64,000 nt of DNA, taken from IMG/VR virus record IMGVR_UViG_3300042973_000021, positions 98,083 through 162,082 of that record; one strand, given 5' to 3'. Position 1 is the stretch's first letter; every line of letters starts with the position of its first letter. Origin of the DNA: a virus (taxonomy: Duplodnaviria > Caudoviricetes). Position numbers and translations under genes: made by a program. The notes beneath the pieces were generated by a model. The model worked only from the letters and a program-made list of their open reading frames with translations. It had not been told where the DNA came from and ran no database searches. Below are positions 57,134 to 64,000 of the stretch, piece by piece.

Positions 57134-58482
57134 CAGACCACCCCCAGTCTTGCTTTTACAGCATCGATAAGGGAGTCCTGGGTCTTTTCCTTCCGGCGCA
57201 GAGCCGCCATGACGTTCTCATCGATCGTACCCTCGGCTATGATATGGTGGATCACAACCGGCTCCTTCTGGCCCTGCCTCCAGAGCCTTGCGTTGGTCTG
57301 CTGGTAGAGCTCCAAGGACCAGGTGAGGCCGAACCAGATGAGAGTTGACCCTCCTGCCTGGAGGTTAAGGCCGTGACCAGCGGAAGCCGGATGGATCATT
57401 GCGACCGGGATCTTTCCCTGATTCCAGTCGGCGATGTCCGCTCCTGTCTTTATCTCCCTCACAGAAAAGCGGCTCTTTATCCGCTCAAGGTCATGCTTAA
57501 ACCAGTAAGCCACAAGGACAGGTCTGCCATTGGCATCCTCTAAGAGGTCCTCCAAGGCATCAAGCTTTCTCTCATGGATCCTTACTGTCTCCCCGTCCTC
57601 TGTATAGACTGCCCCGTTTGCCATCTGAAGGAGCTTATTGGAAAGGGATGCTGCATTTACGGCATCGATCTCCTTGCCCTTGAGACTTAGCACCATGTCG
57701 CGCTTTAGCTTATCGTAGAGGGATCTCTCCGAGCTGCTTAGGTGGACCGGCACTTCGTTTATGAAGAGGTCAGGCATCTTAAGATAGTCGGCGGACTTCA
57801 TGGAGATCGTGATGTCTGAGATCTTTTTGTAGATGGCCTCCTCAGCTCCAGGAAGCGGCTTGTAGGAAAAGATGATCTGGGCATTTCTCTTGTCCGGGGT
57901 AAAGTAGTCTCTCCTGTACTGGCCGATGTAGCGCCCGAGACGCGCTCCCATGTCAAGGAGTCTGAACTCTGCCCAGAGGTCCATAAGACTGTTTGACGCG
58001 GGGGTCCCGGTAAGGCCCACCATGCGTTTTACCTTAGGGCGGACCTTGAGGAGGCTCCTGAAGCGTTTGGACTGGTGGGACTTAAACGACGAGAGCTCGT
58101 CGATTATCACCATGTCATAGTCGAATGGTAGACCGGACTTCTCCACAAGCCAGGTCACGTTCTCCCGGTTTATGATGTAGAGGTCAGCTTTAGCTAGAAG
58201 CGCTCTCCTCCTCTCTACCTCGGTACCGACTGCAACAGAGTAGGTGAGATCTTTAAGGTGGTCCCACTTGCCGATCTCATCCGGCCAGCTGTTGGCTGCT
58301 ACCCGGACTGGCGCGATGACCAGAGGCTTTCTCACTTCGAAGCGGTCAAACATAAGCTCCTTTACAGCCGTCAAGGTGATCACGGTCTTACCCAGGCCGC
58401 AGCTTAGGAGGATGGCTGAGACGGGGTGGTCTATGATAAACTTCGTGGAGTAGTCCTGGTAGCTATGAGGATTGTATATCAT
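57133..58482 (-). CDS. SNF2-family helicase
   Basis: GLGKT, IDELS, GLTGTP, GHGLNLQ, Q.NARL.RQGQ. Confidence 0.92.
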   Translation of the reverse strand: MIYNPHSYQDYSTKFIIDHPVSAILLSCGLGKTVITLTAVKELMFDRFEVRKPLVIAPVRVAANSWPDEIGKWDHLKDLTYSVAVGTEVERRRALLAKADLYIINRENVTWLVEKSGLPFDYDMVIIDELSSFKSHQSKRFRSLLKVRPKVKRMVGLTGTPASNSLMDLWAEFRLLDMGARLGRYIGQYRRDYFTPDKRNAQIIFSYKPLPGAEEAIYKKISDITISMKSADYLKMPDLFINEVPVHLSSSERSLYDKLKRDMVLSLKGKEIDAVNAASLSNKLLQMANGAVYTEDGETVRIHERKLDALEDLLEDANGRPVLVAYWFKHDLERIKSRFSVREIKTGADIADWNQGKIPVAMIHPASAGHGLNLQAGGSTLIWFGLTWSLELYQQTNARLWRQGQKEPVVIHHIIAEGTIDENVMAALRRKEKTQDSLIDAVKARLGVV

Positions 58483-58744
58483 CGATCACACCTCCTATCT
58501 GGTCTTTGCTGTCGATACAGAAAACACGAAAGCCAAGCGCCTCTATCTGGCCTGCTCTCTTAAGCTGGATGGGCCGCATCTTCCTGCCCGGGGCTTTAAG
58601 CTCTATGAAGGCGATGCATCCTCCCGGCATGAGGATGAGCCGGTCAGGGACACCGTTCAAGCCAGGAGATACAAATTTTATTGCCAGGCCGCCACGGGCT
58701 TTGACTGCTCTTACAAGAGCGGTCTCAATTTCTTTCTCTCTCAC
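58463..58744 (-). CDS. VRR-NUC nuclease
   Basis: GVPDR, FIELKAPG. Confidence 0.88.
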   Translation of the reverse strand: MREKEIETALVRAVKARGGLAIKFVSPGLNGVPDRLILMPGGCIAFIELKAPGRKMRPIQLKRAGQIEALGFRVFCIDSKDQIGGVIDDIQSS

Positions 58745-58940
58745 TGTATTTCTCCCATATCTGGTCTGGGTCAAACCAGAGCCACATCTGTCTGCCGTCA
58801 GAAGTTGTAACGTTTACGGTCTTTATTCCTTCAAGTGACTTTGCCTTTTTCACCTCTGCCTTAGAGTGGCCTTCCTGCATGCAGATCTCTTTCACTCTGC
58901 GGCAGTCCATAAAGTCACCTTTTAATAATTCTTTTATCAT
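58725..58940 (-). CDS. Small hypothetical protein
   Basis: GAAGGA RBS; overlaps the downstream gene. Confidence 0.55.
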   Translation of the reverse strand: MIKELLKGDFMDCRRVKEICMQEGHSKAEVKKAKSLEGIKTVNVTTSDGRQMWLWFDPDQIWEKYSERERN

Positions 58941-58958
58941 TTCATCCTTCTTTCTTTA

Positions 58959-59176
58959 GAACAGGGTGAACAGATTGAACGGAAAATCCCTTACGCGGGC
59001 ATCACATGTGTTATATATATCTATATATCTATATTTATTATTTATTTGTGCTATATAGATATACCTGTATCACTTGTTCAGAAATTGGCCCCGGAGGGGA
59101 TAATTCCGGCCTTCCCGAGCTGAACAGGAGTGAACAGGCTCCTTACCCTGTTCACCTTGTTCAGATGCCTGTTCAC
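58959..59176. repeat. Putative phage replication origin: TGAACA/TGTTCA iterons flanking an AT-rich tract
   Basis: About eight GAACA/TGTTC copies in both orientations around the AT-rich 59010-59062 tract, directly after the primase-helicase gene. Confidence 0.65.
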
Positions 59177-59177
59177 A

Positions 59178-61511
59178 TCATTTACGTCTGTATATTCTCT
59201 GTCTTCCGTAGATGGGGAGCGTCATCAGCTTTCCAGTTTTCTCCCAGCTTTCTATCTTTGCCATGATGGATGAGATGGCGTAGCTGTCAGAATAGCGGAT
59301 GTCCTCCTTTGGCTTTCCGAAGCACTCGCACCATATCTCAATGTTGCTGACTGTCATGCGCCTTACCGTTCCCGGTACGTGGGCAGGGTCGTCAGGCTCA
59401 TGGATGTAGGTCCTTCTGGCATAGAAGTCCATGTCATCCCAGTTGGAGGGCAGAAGAGTATCAAGGTACTCGCGCACCAGGCCTTCACGGTCATCCGACT
59501 CCATGGCCTGCCGCTGCTCGTCCTTTGCGTACTCTTCGAGCTCAGGAGGAAGGTATAGAGGCTCATCCGGCTCGAGGAGCTTCACCTCGGCCCAGATCTG
59601 GTCTACGATATCCTGGTCAAGCTGCCAGGAGTGGTACTTTCCCTTTCCGTCCACCTTGATATTCCAGTAGCGGCGGTTTCCTGTGATGTCACGCAGGTAT
59701 CCGTTCTCAGAGTTTGTGGTGCCGAAGAACACGCACTGCCTCGGATGCGGAGTGACCCGGCGACCGAATGAGGCGCGGTACTTGTCATCCTGTCTTGAGA
59801 TAAAGGCCTTCACCTTGTCGAGGTCCGCCTTCTTCATCCCGGCAAGCTCCCCGATCTCAAGAATCCAGTAGCCCTGCAGCTTTTCAGCCGCGGTCTTGTC
59901 GTTCATGTCGGAGATGTTAAGTGAATCCGAATACCATTCCATAGCAAGCTTTGAGATAAGAGTTGACTTTCCGATTCCCTGGGGGCCGTTTAAGACCGGC
60001 ATGAAATCAAACTTCACTCCTGGCACGAGGATCCTCCTTCTAGCTGCGCAGAGAGTCTTTCTTGTGACGGCCCTGACATAAGGAGTGTCCTCGGCGCCGA
60101 GATAGTCGATTAAAAGCGTATCCGCCCTCTTTATGCCGTCCCACTCAGGGAGATTGTCAAAGTACTCTCTTATAGGATGGTAGCCCCGGTCATCGGCAAC
60201 TTTCGTGACTGCTGTGTCGTAGTTAGTCCTCGAAAACGTGCCATAGTTGGCGTCCACGTAGCAGATGAGCTGGGCATCGTCCGCGTCCCTCCAGTATTTT
60301 TCCGGATGCTTCCAGGGAAGCTCTCCCCTGACTTCCAGGCTGTCGGAGAGCTTGTTGAACCAGATGTTCTTAAGGTAGCGGTCGTTTTTTACGATAATCC
60401 TGAGGTTTCCCAGGGTGTTCTTTACCTTCGCATCCTTTTTGCTGTACTCGAGGCTCTCCTTCCAGCTGTCGTCCTCCTCACTTACCGGAGCAAACTCGGC
60501 TGCCGCCTGCTCCTGCCTTCTCTTCATGGCCATATCCCTGACAGCCTTGTCATTTGAAGCATATTCGGCCATCATGTTAAAGGACTTCTTCGGATCATCG
60601 TCATAGAAGAGATGGATCCTCACAAGGTCAAAGGAATTTAAGAGCTTTCCGCAGGCAGGGTCTGAGGCATGATGGCTGTAGGCATACTTGTCGTCATATA
60701 CGACTACTCCAGAGATGCTTCCTGACTTCCTGTAATGCCAGCGGTCGGGGCTTCCGCCCGGCTCATAGATGCTGGAGAGAACATTTTCCATGACATCGCT
60801 TATGGAGTGAGTCCGGCACCAGTCCCCCACGATGCCTTCCTTAGCAAGCGGGTCCTCCTGCTTTGTCTTCTGCCGGTTAAAAGCCTCCTTCTCGCCAGGA
60901 GCCAGAGGAAGCTTTGTGACATCCCTCCAGTCAGGGTGGGATGCAAGATACTTATCCGGGTCAAGAAGCTCTCCCTCGTACTTCCCGCAGAAGTAGTCTC
61001 CGTCTGATGAGCATGTCGGCCAGTACATGAGCTGGTTGATCTCAAAGGAGCACGGGTCGATCTGGTCCATACCGAGATCGGCTGCCATGTATCTTGCTAT
61101 GGCGTTTGTCTCCTCCGGGGTCATGTCGCGGGATGCCGGAATGATGATCCTTCCTCTCGGATTCTCCTTCGTGTGGCTATGAGTCGTGTAAATGACGGAG
61201 AGATACTTATGATTCTCCTTATACCAGTCAAAGAAGTCCGGCTTAAGCCTGTCCTCGTCAAGCGTTATGGCTGACCTTGAGAGGACTTCATTCTTCTTTC
61301 TCCTCGTGCCTTTGAGGGTTCCCATCACAAAGCCGCCCTTGTCCTTGGCGGTATCCTTCTCTGCCCGGGTCATCTTCCTGTACTGCGCGGCAGTCTCTGA
61401 TGTGCGGATCGGGTTCTTGAGCTTTTCGCAGAGCTCATCGAAGCTCACCTCGCTCCGGTTCCACACGGCTGACTGCCTGCTATTTCCTGTAGTAATGGCT
61501 AACTTTCTCAT
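59178..61511 (-). CDS. VirE/VapE-family primase-helicase
   Basis: GGFV.G, YTTHSH, GPQGIGKST, FFGTTN, D.TGNRR. Confidence 0.88.
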   Translation of the reverse strand: MRKLAITTGNSRQSAVWNRSEVSFDELCEKLKNPIRTSETAAQYRKMTRAEKDTAKDKGGFVMGTLKGTRRKKNEVLSRSAITLDEDRLKPDFFDWYKENHKYLSVIYTTHSHTKENPRGRIIIPASRDMTPEETNAIARYMAADLGMDQIDPCSFEINQLMYWPTCSSDGDYFCGKYEGELLDPDKYLASHPDWRDVTKLPLAPGEKEAFNRQKTKQEDPLAKEGIVGDWCRTHSISDVMENVLSSIYEPGGSPDRWHYRKSGSISGVVVYDDKYAYSHHASDPACGKLLNSFDLVRIHLFYDDDPKKSFNMMAEYASNDKAVRDMAMKRRQEQAAAEFAPVSEEDDSWKESLEYSKKDAKVKNTLGNLRIIVKNDRYLKNIWFNKLSDSLEVRGELPWKHPEKYWRDADDAQLICYVDANYGTFSRTNYDTAVTKVADDRGYHPIREYFDNLPEWDGIKRADTLLIDYLGAEDTPYVRAVTRKTLCAARRRILVPGVKFDFMPVLNGPQGIGKSTLISKLAMEWYSDSLNISDMNDKTAAEKLQGYWILEIGELAGMKKADLDKVKAFISRQDDKYRASFGRRVTPHPRQCVFFGTTNSENGYLRDITGNRRYWNIKVDGKGKYHSWQLDQDIVDQIWAEVKLLEPDEPLYLPPELEEYAKDEQRQAMESDDREGLVREYLDTLLPSNWDDMDFYARRTYIHEPDDPAHVPGTVRRMTVSNIEIWCECFGKPKEDIRYSDSYAISSIMAKIESWEKTGKLMTLPIYGRQRIYRRK

Positions 61512-61912
61512 GGTCTTACCTCCATAAAATCATCTGTAAAGTATCTGACTCTCTGCTTGCGGCTTTTGGCCTTCTGGATCTCTTTCTCCATGCCGGACGT
61601 AACCCTGCTCCCCAGGACCCAGACCTCCTCGCACTTGCCCATGAGGATGATGTCCATGCGTAGAGCTGTCTTTCTCTCGCCAGGATCATGATCATCCATG
61701 AAGGGAAAGAGAAGATGCGGGGTCAGAGGAATGTTTCCTCTCATGTAGGCAAAGGCTGCAAAGTTCGCGGCTTTCCTGGTGTTGGCCATCGTATCTCCTC
61801 CAAACGGAGCGCAGATGTAGATGAGCGGCAGGTATCCTGCCCTGCCCTCGGCATGGCTTATCGCCTGGTAAGGGACTGGGTCCATATAGCCCTCACTGTT
61901 TTTCATGTTCAT
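61508..61912 (-). CDS. DUF4406-like (nucleoside deoxyribosyltransferase-like fold) protein
   Basis: IYICAPF.G, PH..FP, CEEVWV.G..SGM..EI. Confidence 0.6.
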   Translation of the reverse strand: MNMKNSEGYMDPVPYQAISHAEGRAGYLPLIYICAPFGGDTMANTRKAANFAAFAYMRGNIPLTPHLLFPFMDDHDPGERKTALRMDIILMGKCEEVWVLGSRVTSGMEKEIQKAKSRKQRVRYFTDDFMEVRP

Positions 61913-61956
61913 AAATGAACCTCCTTCTAATATATTTGGTTTATTGCCTTCGTTAT

Positions 61957-61991
61957 GTAGCCTCGGGAAGATACCGAATCTGACGTTTTTT
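61957..61991 (-). promoter_or_regulatory. Putative phage-sigma promoter, copy 3
   Basis: AAAAACGTCAGATT-N13-AGGCTAC abutting the sigma gene stop. Confidence 0.7.
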
Positions 61992-62505
61992 AAAAAATTT
62001 CTCTGAGTTTTTTCAGTGCGCGGGAAAGCTTGTGGCTTACACTGCTCTCGCTCATGCCATGCTGACTGGCATATTCCTTTACCGGGACCCCGTCAATTCG
62101 TATGGCAATAACGATGTCTGCCCAGTCTGGATGCTTTGGAAGAGCTTCCCTTACACGGCGGCAGGTCTCCTCATCTTCGTCAGAGTCGTAGTCGCCAAAG
62201 GTAATGACCAGATTCTCAAGGACATCAAAGTCCGTGTCCCCAGGTGCCGGTGTGATGTATCCCTTCTTTCCGTCCAGACGTCTGACCTTTGGAGTTGGGT
62301 CGATGTGGCGGGTCTCCTTATGCCAATTGTTGTACTCTGGCTTGTTGAACTTTGCCTCGAACTCCTCCTGGATGCGTGCCTCGTTCTCCTCCTGACTGGC
62401 ATCAGGATCCTCCTCGATGCCAAGGGTCACATACATACCCTTCATTGCCTTCTCGTCAAGCTCTACTTCCTGGTATTCGTTCTCGTAACGGATCTTCAGT
62501 TTCAT
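61990..62505 (-). CDS. Phage sigma-70 region 4 / ECF-like sigma factor
   Basis: Start MKLKIRYEN after AAAGGA; C-terminal VKEYA...ESSVSHKLSRALKKL HTH. Confidence 0.72.
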   Translation of the reverse strand: MKLKIRYENEYQEVELDEKAMKGMYVTLGIEEDPDASQEENEARIQEEFEAKFNKPEYNNWHKETRHIDPTPKVRRLDGKKGYITPAPGDTDFDVLENLVITFGDYDSDEDEETCRRVREALPKHPDWADIVIAIRIDGVPVKEYASQHGMSESSVSHKLSRALKKLREIF

Positions 62506-62861
62506 GCTGCATTCCTTTCTGCCGGATGTAAGGGCAGCGGAATGCAAAAGGAGCCTGCGGCTGAAGACGACCGCAGACTCCCAGAAAGCCAAAATGGGCA
62601 TAGGAAAGTACGGTGGGTGCATCTTCATCCCTGACAAAGCCTTGTTGCTTTGCCTGGAGTCTCTATGCATCCCGCCGTCCTAATGGCCATCTCGGACTTT
62701 GAGATTAGTAATTGTCTATGAGTGCTGAGCACTCATATGGGGCCAGCTGTGCTGACCTCATATCAATGCTCAGAACAGATATAGGATTTTTTAAGTTCGC
62801 AAACATGATAAGATAAGATCTCTGTTATGGCCCGGGCAGTGATTGCCTGATTATTAAGCAC

Positions 62862-62920
62862 AAAAAAAGCCGGACACAAGGGTCCGGTCTTTACTAGACC
62901 TTAAACCCTCATGTCCGGCT
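62862..62920 (-). terminator. Long-stem intrinsic terminator after the Com-like gene
   Basis: AGCCGGACA...TGTCCGGCT followed by a T-run on the minus strand. Confidence 0.65.
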
Positions 62921-62940
62921 CTGCTCGCTGCTCCGGGGAA

Positions 62941-63162
62941 TTACTTCTTCCCGTGCGCGGCTATTTGCTCGGTACAACTTATTTTATTGTGTTTTACTGT
63001 AACTGCCATCACGGCCTTGCACCTCGGGCACTTGGCTGTGATGATCCCTTCCGTGTCAGGGTCGATGTCAAAAAGTCTCCACCCGCAGCGGCACCTGACG
63101 CTCACCTGATCCTCTGCTGTCGTTTTTCCCATCGTATTATCCGTCTGCCTTCCGGCAGGCAC
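62941..63162 (-). CDS. Mu Com-like zinc-ribbon protein
   Basis: VRCRCGWRLFD...AKCPRCK. Confidence 0.55.
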   Translation of the reverse strand: MPAGRQTDNTMGKTTAEDQVSVRCRCGWRLFDIDPDTEGIITAKCPRCKAVMAVTVKHNKISCTEQIAAHGKK

Positions 63163-63226
63163 CTCCAGCCAAAGGGAAAGTCAGACTGGAAATGCTTGCT
63201 TCTCTTCTCATCATCTTACTGCACTT

Positions 63227-63832
63227 TCAGTGCAGGTCCTTAATCACCTTGACCGCCACTCCCTGGATCTCGCAGCACGGCACGTAGATATCCTCCATGC
63301 TGTCATTCTCCGGATGGAGTCTTACCCGTTTCTTCTCAGGCTCCGGGAAGTAGCGTTTCAGTGTAGCTTCTGTATCCATAAGCGCAACAACGATCTGTCC
63401 GGGCTCGGCTGTATCCTGGGCTCTTACAAGCACCAGGTCTCCGGGGCCGATTCCGGCGTTAATCATGGACTCACCGTCCGCTCTCAGAAGATAAAAGGAA
63501 CCTCTTCCGAAAAGCGAGACAGGAAGGTCGACATACTCCTCTATGTTTTCCTCGGCAAGCTTCGGGACGCCGCAGGCCACAGCTCCAAGAAGTGGAACGG
63601 ATGTTCTGCCAGCGCCACCTGCGATCTGCCTCTTTGTCCGAAGGCATCGGTGACCCCGGTAGTCGATCATTCCCTTGTCTCTCATATACTGGAGATATCT
63701 GCCGACTGTCGAATTCGAGAGGTCAGTTCCGTCAGCAATGGCGCGGGTTGTGGGCGATACTCCGTACCTGTGCCAGTAGTTCTCTATGTATTCTGAGATC
63801 TTATTAAAAAATTCTTCCTTCTTGTGCTGCAT
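63227..63832 (-). CDS. lexA: LexA-like repressor (prophage-borne)
   Basis: SPTTRAIA winged HTH, VACG cleavage loop, GESM Ser, ATLKR Lys; likely start MQHKK. Confidence 0.85.
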   Translation of the reverse strand: MQHKKEEFFNKISEYIENYWHRYGVSPTTRAIADGTDLSNSTVGRYLQYMRDKGMIDYRGHRCLRTKRQIAGGAGRTSVPLLGAVACGVPKLAEENIEEYVDLPVSLFGRGSFYLLRADGESMINAGIGPGDLVLVRAQDTAEPGQIVVALMDTEATLKRYFPEPEKKRVRLHPENDSMEDIYVPCCEIQGVAVKVIKDLH

Positions 63833-64000
63833 GATGTCCTTCCATGAAACGTAGATATTTGTCCCACTTACAGTTAAAATTATACCCCGGGCGAGCCGGG
63901 GTGTCAATAAGAAAAAGAACATATATTCTTTGTATTTGAAATAATACAACGCGTTGTAATAAGGTGTTCTATCTTCAATTACGTATAGACAGAAACTCAC

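Larger units (their letters stand above)
23078..64000 (-). mobile_element. Prophage 2, phi-m46.1-like siphovirus; attR at about 23077, continues beyond the right edge
   Basis: Complete set of replication, packaging, head, tail, lysis and recombinase-triplet genes, almost all on the minus strand. Confidence 0.92.

Noticed and set aside
62506-62670. N-terminal extension of the sigma ORF in the track
   Set aside because: The RBS and conserved start lie at 62505; the upstream part is better explained as a structured leader
62780-64000. Canonical SOS boxes near lexA
   Set aside because: No convincing CGAAC-N4-GTTCG match found by eye

Overview
Firmicutes (Bacillota) integration hotspot holding four mobile elements stacked head-to-tail on the minus strand. 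They are separated by three att junctions (about 20678, 21877 and 23077), each followed by a replacement 3' end of the 23S rRNA methyltransferase gene rlmD/rumA (HVE[T/C]V.LMS...stop). (1) 1-20678 is the attL-proximal part of an AT-rich phi-m46.1-like prophage: sigma-like gene, DUF2800, DUF2815, and defence cargo comprising a Lamassu/ABC-three-component system, a type I R-M with an inserted two-gene cassette, and a GIY-YIG gene. It has been hit by IS1182, IS30 and IS21 elements. (2,3) 20679-23077 contains two 1.2-kb elements encoding only a serine recombinase, each with a pair of NrdR-box-like sites. (4) 23078 to beyond 64000 is an apparently intact, more GC-rich siphoprophage of the same family: LexA, Com-like Zn ribbon, sigma, VirE primase, SNF2, RinA-like activator, HNH/terminase, HK97 head, tail, lysis and a recombinase triplet. 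Its DNA-polymerase module carries an intein and has been moved behind the lysin, between copies of a putative phage-sigma promoter. The most unusual signals are the recombinase-only mini-elements, three stacked but different 5x10-bp activator/promoter cassettes in front of the late operon, the promoter-bounded module relocation, and a Lamassu effector with a degenerate HNH at the repressor position. All family assignments come from motif recognition by eye; no database searches were run.
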